Below, piece after piece: positions 11,453 to 23,750 of a stretch of 64,000 bases of DNA. The notes below the pieces were generated by a model. The model saw nothing but the letters and a program-made list of their open reading frames with translations, was not told the origin of the DNA and ran no database searches. Location of the stretch: the NCBI GenBank assembly GCA_030390025.1, contig JASTWF010000036.1, positions 992,001 to 1,056,000 of the forward strand, read 5' to 3'. A program made the translations under genes and the position numbers. How positions within the stretch are numbered: the first letter of the stretch is position 1; each line of letters starts with the position of its first letter. This stretch comes from Squalus acanthias (lineage: Eukaryota).

Positions 11453-11949
11453 CTGTTGCCATAGAGTAGTAAGTTATGGATGTGTTATCATTAAGTTTGT
11501 CTGAAAACCTGTTAAAAGCAGGTCTATGAAACAGCACTGAAGTCCTTGTGACCTCTGGTGATAGATCAGATGGAAGGCATGCTTTTAGTTCCATGCTTGA
11601 GGGAGGCATTTCAATATGATGGGGCAGAAATTGGTACGCGTTGCGCCCATTTTACGCCCAAAAAAAGGGTCTAAAACATGCCAATTTAGCCTGTGCCCAT
11701 TCTGTGCACATAATGAATGGAAAATTGTGGGCGGTGTGCACCTGAATTTCTGGTATCTGCTGCCAGTGGATGATGCTCCCAGCCGGCAGCACAGACTCAT
11801 AAAGTTACCCCTTAGATTTTTTTCAAATGAAGTTCTTCTGAAGGGTAATTGACCCATTATGCACTTTTCACAACAATGCATGCTAATAGATTGTAAATAA
11901 GATAGAGGTATAAAGCACAGCAGTTCAGCAAATACTACAAGTACAATCT

Positions 11950-12577
11950 CGCTCAGGCCAACATCCCCAGCATCGAAGCTTTGCCCACGCTCGATCAGCT
12001 CCGATGGACGGGCCACATCGTCCGCATGCCCGATACGAGACTCCCAAAACAAGCGCACTACTTGGAGCTCCGACACGGCAAGCGAACCCCAGGTGGACAG
12101 AGGAAGCTTTGACCACGCTCAATCAGCTCCGACAGACGGGCCACATCGTCCGCATGCCTGATACAAGACTCCCAAAACAAGCGCTCTACTCGGAGCTCTG
12201 GCACGGCAAGAGAGCCCCAGGTGGGCAGAGGAAACGCTTCAAGGACACCCTCAAAGCCTCCTTGAAAAAGTGCAACATCCCCACCGACACCTGGGAATCC
12301 CTGGCCCAAGACCGCACAAAGTGGAGGAGAAGCATCCGGGAAGGCGCCGAACAACCTCGAGTCTCTTTGCCGGGAGCAAGCGGAAGCCAAGCGCAAACAG
12401 CGGATGGAGCGCACGTCAACCCAAGCACCCCACCCACCCGCCCCTTCAACCACCGTCTGCCCCACCTGTGACAGAGACTGGAGGTCCCGCATTGGACTCA
12501 TCAGTCACCTGAGAACTCATTTTTAGTGTGGAAGCAAGTCATCCTCGGTTCCGGGGGACTGCCTAAGAAGAAGAAGA
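11950..12577 (+). mobile_element. RTE-clade LINE 3' fragment with internal 128-bp duplication
   Basis: GHIVRMPDTRLPKQALYSEL...GGQRKRFKDTLKASLK is an RTE C-terminal motif; (AAG)n tail; 16-bp TSD ACTACAAGTACAATCT at 11934-11949 and 12578-12593. Confidence 0.9.
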
Positions 12578-12977
12578 ACTACAAGTACAATCTGTGTTGT
12601 CTGTAAAGCCTGTCGCTGACATCTGCCAATCCAAAGTGAGTGCAGTTGTGCGAGACATTTTATTCAGTAAATAGCTTACTGTAAGTCGGATGATTGATTA
12701 TCCTTGGGTTACAGAACTCTGCAAAGGCAGGCTACTGAAAAGGAACATCTTCCAAATTATAGCGGGCAAGGTCCTCTCTGGAACTGAAATGCAACTGTTG
12801 AAAAAAAGAGAGAAAAGAGTTCCATAAAAACCTAAAATTACAGCAATGATATTGCTACTCAAATGTGAAATGCAAACTTCACAAATTTATCCTTTATTCT
12901 CCCTAAGCAATTGGGAAACATTTTTTGCCACCTAATGCCTAGAGTACACAAATTATGTTTAATGGGGAACATTATTA

Positions 12978-13420
12978 AGGAGATGCAGTCAGCAAGAACA
13001 TGGCTCTTTCATCTCTGAGACCTGGATTTGAATCTAGCCAAGAGAGATCAAAGCCTTCTCTCTCTGATGGCTGATAAAAGGTCCTAAATGAAACTGAATT
13101 GGGGCAATTTGAATCCATTTCCCAGCAGATGTGAATACACAGCACAAAGCTGGCCCTCCAAATCAGTGCAATTGCCACTAATTTAGCAATCCTATTGGGA
13201 GAGGCCATAATAATAATGTGGGGAATATTTAATTCATGCTGGCACAGTTGGCAGCACTCTTCTGAGGATAGGACTGAGTTTCATTGTTACAACAATGAAG
13301 GAAGAGTTTGTACATTGATCGTGACCTGCACTGTGCCTGACCTGGGCGTGTTCAAAGCCGTCAGTAAATGCAGAGTAGAAAATACTTCATTCGTCCAAGA
13401 TATCGTACCTTGCTTTAAGT
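12978..13420 (+). mobile_element. Degenerate LF-SINE-like element
   Basis: Colinear blocks recalled from the LF-SINE consensus: ctttcatctct..ctggatttgaatctagcc; ctgatggctg; cacagcacaaa; caattgccactaatt; gagaggcca; ctgtgcctg. Confidence 0.5.
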
Positions 13421-13513
13421 ATGAATCCTTATCAAAAATAGACAAAAAATCTGGTTATCGTGTTGTAATCTCCATTTTTAGAATGCAGTTTTAACACTTT
13501 GTATTCTGCACGT

Positions 13514-14038
13514 TCTACCCTACGTAAACTTGAAGTCATCCAAAACTCAGCTGCCCGTGTCCTAACTCGCACCAAGTCCCGTTCACCCACCACCCCTGTG
13601 CTTGCTGACCTACATTGGCTCCCGGTTAAGCAGCGCCGCGATTTCAAAATTCTCATCCTTGTTTTCAAATCCCTCCATGGCCTCGCCCCTTCCTGTCTCT
13701 GTAACCTCCTCCAGCCCTACAACCCCCCCGAGATATCTGCGCTCCTCTAATTCTGCCCTCTTGAGCATCCCTGATTATAATCGCTCCACCATTGGTGGCC
13801 GTGCCTTCTGTTGCCTGGGCCCTGAGCTCTGGAATTCCCTCCCTAAACCTTTCCGCCTCTCTACCTCACTCTCCTCCTTTAAGACGCTCCTTAAAGCCTA
13901 CCTCTTTGACCAAGCTTTTGGTCACCTGCCCTAATATCTCCTCATAAGGCTCAGTGTCAAATTTGGCTTTTGTGCAGCGCCTTGGGACGTTTTACTATGT
14001 TAAAGGCGCTATATATATACAAGTTGTTGTTGTTGTTG
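13514..14038 (+). mobile_element. L2 LINE 3' end
   Basis: LRKLEVIQNSAARVLTRTKSRSP...LHWLPVKQR; (TTG)n tail. Confidence 0.85.
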
Positions 14039-14344
14039 CTATAGAACAGTGAAGTTGTGAGTTGATCCAGAGAAAGGCTGAAGAAACTTTTCAACTCACA
14101 CCTCACTGTTCTATCGCAGAACAGTCTTGACTTTACTATTAAAGTGAAAGTAAGAATATTTATAATGGCCATTTTGTTAGGATTTGAACTGAATTTTCAG
14201 GCAAAGGTTGCTCCTGGTTGTTTTCAGAACGCACCTGCCTTCAAGATGGCCCACTTGAAGAGAACCAAGAGTTTTGCTTGACTATCTTTTAGGATCAGGA
14301 AGGATTTGCGCAGAACAATCCGTCAGGATGGGATAGAGTCTATG

Positions 14345-15047
14345 AGAGTCTGGAACTTGGGGGCATAGTCTCAGGATAAGGGGTCGGCCTTTTAAGACTG
14401 AGATGAGGAGGAATTTCTTCACTCAGAGGGTTGTGAATCTTTGGAATTCTCTACCCCAGAGGGCTGTGGAGGCTCAGTCGTTGAGTATATTCAAGACAGA
14501 GATCGATAGATTTTTGGACTCTAGGGGAATCAAGGGATATAGGGATCCGGCGGGAAAGTGGAGTTCAGGTCGAAGATCAGCCATGATCTTATTTTTTTTT
14601 ATTATTTTTTTATTCGTTTTTTTTAATGAGATGTGGGCGTCGCTGGCAAAGCCAGCATTTATTGCCCATCCTTAATTGCCCTTGAGAAGGTGGTGATGAG
14701 CCGCCTTCTTGAACCGCTGCAGTCCGTGCGGTGAAGGTGCTCCCACAGTGCTGTTAGGGAGGGAGTTCCAGGATTTTGACCCAGCGACGATGAAGGATCG
14801 GCCGATATATTTCCAAGTCAGGATGGTGTGTGACTTGGAGGGGAACTCGGAGGTGGTGGTGTTCCCATGCGCCTGCTACCCTTGTCCTTCTAGGTGGAAG
14901 AGGTCGCGGGTTTGGGAGGTGCTGCCGAGGAAGCCTTGGCGAGTTGCTGCAGTGCATCTTGTAGATGGTACACACTGAATGGCGGAGCAGGCTCGAGGGG
15001 TCGTATAGCCTACTCCTGCTCCTAATTTTATGCTCTTATGTTCTTAT
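14345..15047 (+). mobile_element. CR1 (HER1-like) 3' end interrupted by an antisense CR1-like fragment (~14593-14974)
   Basis: MRRNFFTQRVVNLWNSLP; the 3'UTR breaks at gccatgatcttat and resumes tgaatggcggagcagg; ttatgttcttatg tail. Confidence 0.8.
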
Positions 15048-15377
15048 GATAAGGGGAGGTGAAAGAAGATGCCTTGATGGACCAAGTGGCCATTTCTCTT
15101 CCCTTTCCTGCGGGGAAGTACCTGGATCCCACTTGGCGCTCACCCTGCCCTGACGATGTATCAGTGATCACAGAGCTGCTGTGTGGGAAATCATTCAGCT
15201 TAATCTGCAGCCCACCACTCCATGGCTGAACTTGAAGTACCAATACATTCTATCACCACACCATCTAAAACAAAAACCTTTTTGCTTATTGGGGCCCATA
15301 ATATTACTTAAAATTTGATGGTCTCTTGTTCTATGCTTAGAAAAAGCGGGTCAGTTTAAATCAGTGTTCACCTTTTT

Positions 15378-15882
15378 CAAGGGCATTCAGCCTCGGATCT
15401 GCGGGTTAGCGTTCTCCAAGGCGGCCTTCGGGATACACGACAACGCAAAATCATCGAGCAGAAACTGATAGCCAAGTTCCGCACTCATGAGGACGGCCTC
15501 AATCGGGATATCGGGTTCATGTCACGCTACAGAACGTGACTTGACATCGTTGCCGGTCTTTCCAGCTTTTAAAAAAAACAAACACAAGAAACAAACACAA
15601 GAAACAAACCCAAATGGAGAGGATATGCAGCCAGCAGGTGTTTTGACACGTTGGACCCCCTGGGACACATCTCATTGTCTTGGCTGTGTTCTTATTGTGT
15701 CTTTGATGTAGGGAAAGATTGAATCTCTGCATTTTCTCTGTGTTTATATTCTGTGAATTCTGGTAGATTGTCTCACAGTAACTCTACCTGAAGAAGGGGC
15801 AGGATAGCTCTGAAAGCTTGTAATTTTAAATAAATCTGTTGGACTATAACCTGGTGTTGTGCGACTTCTCATTTTTGTCCAC
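15378..15882 (+). mobile_element. Penelope-like element 3' end: GIY-YIG endonuclease C-terminus plus 3'UTR with hammerhead motif (15784-15823)
   Basis: 15378-15539 translates QGHSASDLRVSVLQGGLRDTRQRKIIEQKLIAKFRTHEDGLNRDIGFMSRYRT*; the 3' end closely matches the hairpin arms (aaataaatctgttggactataacctggtgttgtgcgacttctcatttttgtccacc). Confidence 0.8.
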
Positions 15883-16299
15883 CTTTTTCTTGATGAGGTT
15901 TTGTGCTCATCAAGGAGAAGGACATTATCTAGGGAATGGGACACTTTCCCTTTTCAGGCACCCAGTGTCAGCAGGTCATACATAACCCAATGAAATGCAG
16001 TATAAGGTCCTTGTACTCTATTGCAACAGTAAACTTTGACTCCAGCCTCATAATAGCACCACCCACACTCCCCCCCCCCCACACCCCCAATCCCCCCCGC
16101 TCCAAATGCAGTGACACTTTACACTTCCCACACCAGTCATGTTGGTGGTCTGTTTTCACGAGCCAGCCAGTTTGGGGGCCGTGCTGTGCGGTGGGCCCAT
16201 GCCAATCATGAAGAAAAATGCCAAAATCATTGCACCTACAACCAACAGCAAGAGGAGACTTTCATCTCGTTAGTCTGGGCTGCATTCAAAAACAGAAAC

Positions 16300-16695
16300 A
16301 AAGACTTGCAACTTTCTCCATGCCCCAAAGCCCTTTACAGGCAATGAAGTACTTTTGGCGTGTAGTCACTGTTGTAATGTAGGAAACACAGCAGCCAATT
16401 GCACACAGCAAGCTCCCACAAACAGCAATGTGATAATGACCAGATCATCTGTTTTTGTCATATTGATTGAGGGATAAATATTGGCCCAGGACACCGGGGA
16501 TAACTCCCCTCTAGATCTTTTACGTCCACCTGAGAAAGCAGACGGGGCCTCGGTTTAACGTCTCATCCGAAAGACAGTACAGCACTCCCTCAGCATATTA
16601 CTGGAGCGTCAGCCTTGATTTTTGTGCTCAAGTTTCCAGAGTGGACTTGAACGCACAATCTTCTGACTCAGAGGCAAGAATGCTACCCACTGAGA
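16300..16695 (-). mobile_element. DeuSINE
   Basis: Reverse complement of the family sequence, with internal deletions. Confidence 0.8.
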
Positions 16696-17397
16696 CAGGT
16701 TCAGGAAGTGGAAAAAGTGTGTGAGCCCAGGTACCGCACAGTCCTCTAATTAACACGCACAATTTGCAGTTTCCCGACGTGACACAGACCAAACCCACTA
16801 TTATTTTTCCATTGCCATTTACCCCCACCATTGTTGTGCTTTTGTTTTCTTCAGTACTTTGTCGTTTTCAAGACACTGCCCAAAGCTAGCAAATAGCACG
16901 GTGCACTCTGTTGTTGCTGACAACATCCTGAAGCAGATGATTGGTTGACAGGCAGTCACATGCTGAAGCTTCTTGCGAGGGTATCCTGAATCAGGGGCTG
17001 ACTGCCGACAAAGTGTTATCAAATTCAGCTGTCCTGCCAACTTGAACATCGAACAAAAATAAGAATTCTAAAAATAAAACGATTGCTTTCTCCTTTTTCT
17101 TTCCACATCCAAATGTTGACAAGTCAAATTTGATGCGGATTTTAAACAATTCCCCAAAAGTCTGGTGTATTGGTCTGATCAGCGAGCTAACTCACATCTA
17201 AAATTAGACTGCAATTTCATCAATAGGTTCTAAATCACACGAGAAGCCACACGAGCAAAGTGAGTCATTGCTTTTACTTGTGTATAACGTACTCTATATG
17301 TACACAATGGGCGTGACCTCGAGCGGTTTGATGTCATGTCCTCATGTGACTATTTTCCCCCACTGTGTGGTCTGTTATGTGGCCTGGTATGAAAAGA

Positions 17398-17630
17398 AAA
17401 AAGAAAGCCTTGCATTTCTCTGGCGCCTTTCACAACCACAGGACATCCCAAAGCGCTTTACAGCCAATGAAGTACTCATGCAGTGGGGTCACTGTTGTAA
17501 TGTAGGAAACGCAGCAGCCAATTTGCGCACAGCAAGCTCCCACAAACATCAATGTGATAATGACCAGATAATCTGTTTTAGTGATGTTGATTGAGAGATA
17601 AATATTGGCCAGGACAGCAGGGAGAACTCT
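17398..17630 (-). mobile_element. DeuSINE 3' half
   Basis: Tail aaagaaagccttgcatttc and body. Confidence 0.8.
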
Positions 17631-17824
17631 TCTCTGTTTGTAGGGAAAAGAGAAATTTATCTTTAAAAAGGACACCAACAGAATACTCAAATATGCTAAA
17701 AATATAAATAAAAATCCTAAAAAAAAATCTAAAGCAATCACTTCACAAGCTACACTCACACCCACTACCTACAATGCCCAATGCCATAAACCTGCATAAT
17801 CACCACATGCAAGTGAACAAGGAC

Positions 17825-18327
17825 TTGCCTGGATGAGTGCAACTCCAACAACACTCAAAGAACCTCGACACCATCCAGGACAAAGTAGCCCACTTGATTG
17901 GCACCCCATCCACCACCTTAAACATCCACTCCCTCCACCACCGGCGTACCGTGGCTGCAGTGTATACCATCTACAAGATGCACTGCAGCAACTCGCCAAG
18001 GCTTCTTCGGCAGCACCTCCCAAACCCGCGACCTCTTCCACCTAGAAGGACAAGGGCAGCAGGCGCATGGGAACACCACCACCTCCAAGTTCCCCTCCAA
18101 GTCACACACCATCCTGACTTGGAAATATATCGGCCGTTCCTTCATCGTCGCTGGGTCAAAACCCTGGAACTCCCTCCCTAACAGCACTGTGGGAGTACCT
18201 TCACCACACGGACTGCAGTGGTTCAAGGCGGCGGCTCACCACCACCTTCTCAAGGGGCAATTAGGGATGGGCAATAAATGCTGGCCTTGGCAGCGACGCC
18301 CACATCCCATGAACAAATTAAAAAAAA
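17825..18327 (+). mobile_element. CR1-like LINE 3' fragment (family of 29545-32828)
   Basis: LDTIQDK...IGTPSTTLNIHSLHHRRTVAAV; A-rich tail. Confidence 0.85.
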
Positions 18328-18728
18328 ATGAGGAGTAAGATAGGAAGAACTTTTTCGTCCAAAGGGAAGGACATTGAAGCAGCCGGTGTGAATGGAGCGA
18401 AGAGACAAATGTGTTTCTGGAGAGGGAAGGGATTGAAGGATAGGGTGACGTGGTGGACTCGATCTCTCAAAAAGACAGGTTTGTCGTGCCTCATGGCCTT
18501 TTCCGTTTAAAAAAAATTCTTAGTCCTGTCGATGACCACCTTAATATAATGAAATTCTTCCATTTCTTTACATTTTCTTTATTTAAACAAATATTTGAAA
18601 ACTTAAAAAAGAACAAACATGTTTTACTCATTGTATGATTGGAACACCACACTGTCCTAGTGTGATATCATATTTAAACAACTCAGGGATCTGACAAGAT
18701 ATAACATTCTCATGACTTGGTTGCTTAG

Positions 18729-18822
18729 AAAAACAGAAAATGCTGGAAATACTCAGCAGGTCACGCAGAATCTGTAGAGATAGAAACAGAGTTAATGGTT
18801 CAGGCCAATGACCCTTCGTCAG
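18729..18822 (-). mobile_element. Fragment of a second Penelope-like family with decayed hammerhead motif
   Basis: Reverse complement ctgacgaagggtcattggcctgaaccattaactctg...gacctgctgagtatttccagcattttctg. Confidence 0.55.
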
Positions 18823-19159
18823 GTTGCTTATGTTGGGTTTCTTTGATGCATTATTTTTGGATGCACCATTTGTAATGTAAATGCAGTGCAGAAATGACAT
18901 AGATACAAGGGTATTATTGATAACATTTTGGCCGGGTGTGTAAAGAGTTGGGGGAGGAGGGAAGACATCAGAGGCAATTCCAGGATTTGGAGGTAAAGGG
19001 GGAGAAGGGGACATAGCCCATGTCTGCTTGGGGAAGAGGTAAGCAGAGTCTGTTTGAGGTTAAGGCAACTACAAGATGGCACACCTGGCGATGAAAGCTC
19101 AGAAACAAGTCAACTAGACTTGGTTTTCTGATACATGAGCCAGGCAGGTCTGTTATCAC

Positions 19160-21430
19160 AAGAACATAAGAAACAGGAGCAGGAGTAGGCCATACGGCCC
19201 CTTGAGCCTGCTCCACCATTCAATAAGATCATGGCTAATCATCGACCTCAACTCCATTTTCCTGGCGGATCTCCATATCCCTTGATTACCCCAGAGTCCA
19301 AAAGTCTATCTATCACAGCCTTGAATATACTCAAAGACTCAGCATCCACAGCCCTCTGGGGCAGAGAATTCCAAAGATTCACAACCCTCTGAGTGAAGAA
19401 ATTCCTCCTCAACTCAGTCTTAAATGGCCGACCCCTCATCCTGAGATTATGCCCCCTGGTTCTAGACACTCCAGCCAGGGGAAACAACCTCTCAGCATCT
19501 ACCCTGTCAATCCCCTCAGAATCTTATATGTTTCAATGAGATCACCTCTCATTCTTCTGAACTCCAGAGAGTATAGGCCCATTCTACACAATCTCTCATC
19601 CTCGGACAACCCTCTCATCCCAGGAATCAATCTAGTGAACCTTCGTTGCACTGCTTCTAAGGCAAGTATATCCTTCCTCAGATAAGGAGACCAAAACTGT
19701 GCACAGTACTCCAAGTGTGGTCTCACCAAGGCCCTGTACAATTGTAGCAAGACTTCCTTACTCTTATACTCCAACCCCCTTGCAATAAAGGCCAACATGC
19801 CATTTGCCTTCCTTATTGCTTGCTGTACCTGCATGCTAGCTTTCTGTGTTTCTTGCACGAGGACACCCAAATCTCTCTGAACACCAACATTTGAAAGTTT
19901 CTCACCATTTAAAAAATATTTTGTTTTTCTATTCTTCCTACCAAAGTGAATAATCTCACATTTCCCTACATTATACTCCATCTGCTACCTTACTGCCCAC
20001 TCACTTAGTCTACCTATATCCCTTTGCAGACTTGGGCTGGATTTTGTCTTGGGGTCGGGTTGGGGTCGTGTCATCCGCATTTCGTGTTTCCCCCCCGACT
20101 CCAGATTAATGTGGATGAATGATGCAATTTTCACTTAATTGGGCAATTGAGTTCCAGCATGTGGGAACCCATGAACCAATTAGTGGTTTCAGTCTGAAAG
20201 TCGCCTCTGATGATGTCATCATTGCTGTCAGAGACTGTCTGGCTGTTGGTGAGAGAGGACCTGCCTGGCTTTTCATGTGAGTGGACCTGGATGCAAAATG
20301 TAGGTGGAGAGAGAGAGAGAGAGGAGAGAGAGAGAATTTTTTTTGCATCCAAGTCCTCTCACAGCAAAGGCCATTCAGTCTCTGAAGACATTCAATGCAA
20401 CAGCATCTGAGGCGACTTTCAGACCTAATACTACTACTACCTTCATCACATCTCCATTGTAATAGTGGACCTGCAGCTGATAGTCAGCTATCCACTTGTG
20501 CTCCCGCCAGGTTTCACTGGAGTGTTTCACACCAGGCGTACTTCACGTCAGAAAAGGGTTAAACTAGCTAAAACGTTTCAAAATGGCATTACAGAGCCAA
20601 TTTAGGGCTTGTTAAGGGCTTTAATGGCCTCTCCCGCCTCTTGGAGGCAGGACGGAGTTGGGAACCCCGCGACTGATTTTGTCAAAATTGCGTGGAGGCG
20701 GGATGGAGTCGGGATGGGGTCGGGACCCCCGACCCCGCAAATTTAACCCCCCACACGCCTCCAAACCCGACTCCATGGGTCATTCAAAATCCAGCCCAAA
20801 CAGCTCACTGTCCCACCTAGCTTTGTATCATCAGCAAACTTGGATACATTACACTCGGTCATTAATATAAATTGTAAATAGCTGAGGCCCCAGCACTGAT
20901 CCTTGCAGCACCCCACTAGTTACAGCCTGCCAACCTGAAAAAGACCCGTTTATCCCTACTCTGTTTTCTGTCCGTTAACCAATCCACTATCCATGCTACT
21001 ATATTACCATCAACCCCATGAGCCCTTATCTTGTGTAATAACCTTTTATGTGGCACCTTATCAAATACCTTTTGGAAATCCAAATATACTACACCCATTG
21101 GTTCCCCTGCTAGTTTCATCCTCAAAAACTCTAATAAATTTGTCAAACACGATTTACCTTTCATAAAACCATGTTGACTCTGCCTAATCATATTATGATT
21201 TTCTAAGTGCCCTGATACCAGTTCCTTAACAATGGATTCCAGCCTTTTCCCGACATCTGATGTCAGGCTAACTGGCCTGTAGTTCCCTGTTTTCTCTCCC
21301 TCCTTCCTTGAATAGCGGTGTTACATTTGCTACCTTCCAATCCGCTGGGACCGTTCTAGAATCTAGGGAATTTTGGAAGATCAAAACCAATGCATCCACT
21401 ATCTCTGCAGCCACCTCTTTTAGAACCCTA
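19160..21430 (-). mobile_element. CR1 LINE, 5'-truncated RT region, interrupted by a MITE
   Basis: ORFs 19499-19981 and 20916-21191 (QHGFMKGKSCLTNLLEF, YLDFQKVFDKVPH, LVRPHLEYC); CR1 3'UTR. Confidence 0.9.
20034..20797. mobile_element. Harbinger-type MITE
   Basis: TIR GGGCTGGATTTT / AAAATCCAGCCC, identical to the 6016-9257 termini; no clean TSD. Confidence 0.75.
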
Positions 21431-21925
21431 GACAGCCCAGCTCACTCATGGAACCTTGGAGGTGTAGACCCGTCACTGGGGCCCATGCTTCTTCCCACTC
21501 GGCTCCAGATAACCCTGCAAAACCCATGTGCCAACGGAGAGGGTGGTCATTGCTGGGCAGGCAGCAGGAAGCAGCTCTGCTGGCTAATCCCCAGCAGTAC
21601 CCCTAAGCCTCAACTCTGCCAATCTCCACCTAAACTCTCTGGGCTTGGGTGAATGGAATGTGTCCCTAAGGGGAGAGAGTTGTGCTCCACACAGAATCAC
21701 TACAAGTGGGTGTAAATTTCATAGCAACTTAAATTGGAGACTTTTAGTGATGGATATCTGCATGTGTCAAGTACTTAGCTGATCGTCCCTTCCCATCCAA
21801 TGACTGGACCTCTGTATTCTTCCCTCAGAATAGCAGAATCACATGATGTGGACAGGGATATGACATTGGGTGAGATTTACACTGTGCAATATGTACAGCA
21901 AAGTTGTAAACCTGCTCTCTAAATG

Positions 21926-22390
21926 TGTCAGCTGTGGCTCAGTGGGCAGCACACTCGCCTCTGAGTCAGAAGGTTGTGGGTTCAAGTCCCACTCCAGAGA
22001 CTTGAACACAAAATCTAGGCTGACACTCCAGTGCAGTGCTGAGGGAGTGCTGCACTGTCGGAGGTGCTGTCTTTCGGATGAGATGTTAAACCAGAGCCCT
22101 GTCTGCTCTCTCAGGTGGATGTAAAAGATCCAACAGCACTATTTTGAAGAAGAGCAGGGGAGTTCTCCCCGGTGTCCTGGTCAATATTTATCCCTCAACC
22201 AACATCACTAAAACAGATTATCTGGTCATTATCACAGTGCTGTTTGTGGGAGCTTGCTGTGTGCAAATTGGCTGCCGCGTTTCCCACATTACAACAGTGA
22301 CTACACTTCAAATGTACTTAATTGGCTGTAAAGCGCTTTGGGACGTCCTGAGGTCGTGAAAGGCGCTATAGAAATGCAAGTCTGTCTTTT
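21926..22390 (+). mobile_element. DeuSINE, full length
   Basis: tRNA head with A box tggctcagtgg and B box gttcaagtcc; Deu domain; L2 tail. Confidence 0.9.
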
Positions 22391-23192
22391 TTATGAACAG
22401 GTTTATGGTTTTATTATCGGTCGGGTATTGAAAAAAATTCCCCCTCTGTTTTTCTACATGTCTGGAAAATGTGCTGTTTGGGCACTGATTTTCATTCATA
22501 ATTGGAATTAAAATTTACCAGTTGTGCCGACGCCCTCCAATACAAACCAGGGCATGTACATAAAAGACAATCTGGAATCATTATATTTCTTTGCAAAAAA
22601 AAAAATTGATGGGTGTACAAATATAATTAGCATTCTGTGTGATTAAACAGGTCAGAAATCTGACTCGAAAATTGGATTAGATGGGTTTAAGAGATCCCTT
22701 GTTGCAAGTAGGAAATGATCAGTCTGCATCACAGCAGGGCACGGGGGCATGAACAAATAAAGGGCCACTCCAGTCAGTCACACACACACAACCGCACAGT
22801 GAGCCGCCTGCAAGGAGCTGAATCTCGATTTCCTCTCTGTTTTGGCTTCTACAATCGACTGGCCTTTTAAAAAAAAAAGATTATTTTATGATTACGCTCC
22901 TTCCTCGTCGGAACCTATCTGGAAGCGAGCTTTTGCAAGCCCCCGCTGCTGAATGCGACCAGCCTGTCATTCATCTGAACCAGCAGACACTCCAAAACAG
23001 TGGACCTCTCCAGTGCTTCGAGCGAATCCTATATATACACACACACACAGCAGTGAGACTGCGAGGAGCTGTTCACTTGCTCTCTCTCTCTCTCTCTGTC
23101 TCGGATCTTGCCTCGTTGATTTCTCTCCCCCCGGTGGATCTGCTCGTGTTTATTTCTCTCTGGTCCTTCTTCATTCCCGGAGCTTCTGCCCA

Positions 23193-23750
23193 ATGGATCT
23201 GAAGGTAGAGCCTGAAGATGCGGAGAGCACGCAACCTTCCAGCGTGCAGGCTTTCGCCACCAGCTCCACTCTGCACGGCATCAGTCACATCTTCACCTAC
23301 GAGCGCTTCTCCTTCAGGCGCATCATCTGGACCCTGGCTTTCCTCGGCTCCCTCTCCTTCCTGGTCCACGTCTTCGTCCAGAGAATCCAGTATTACTTCG
23401 AGTACCCCCATGTCACCAAGCTGGACGAGATCACCGCCTACAACCTGACCTTCCCTGCTATCACCATCTGCAACCTCAACGAATTTCGGTTCAGCAAGAT
23501 CACCAAGAACGATCTGTACCACGCAGGAGAGCTCCTGGCATTGCTGAACAACAGGTACGAGATTCCCGACCCCTACGTGGCCGAGAAACACGTCCTGGAT
23601 GTCCTCATCGAGAAGGCCAACTTCAGGAACTTCAAGCCCAAGCCGTTCAACATGAGGGAGTTCTATGATCGAGCTGGACATGAGATGAGAGATATGCTCC
23701 TGGACTGCAAGTACAGAGGGGAAGAGTGCACACACCAACACTTCAAAGTC
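23193..23750 (+). CDS. asic1: Acid-sensing ion channel 1-like (ASIC1a/ASIC1c-type), first coding exon, 186 codons
   Basis: MDLKVEPED...[10 protein letters not shown]...TM1...[13 protein letters not shown]...[15 protein letters not shown]...[21 protein letters not shown]...[17 protein letters not shown]...FKV. Colinear with ASIC1a; phase-0 donor gtgagt at 23751. Exact paralog is not resolvable by eye. Confidence 0.92.

Noticed and set aside
21926..22000. tRNA genes at SINE heads (also 49081, 58409)
   Set aside because: A and B boxes are present but continue into SINE bodies; no complete cloverleaf is evident.
23073..23741. 222-aa antisense ORF over the ASIC exon
   Set aside because: Explained as the shadow of a GC3-rich coding exon; no recognisable motif.
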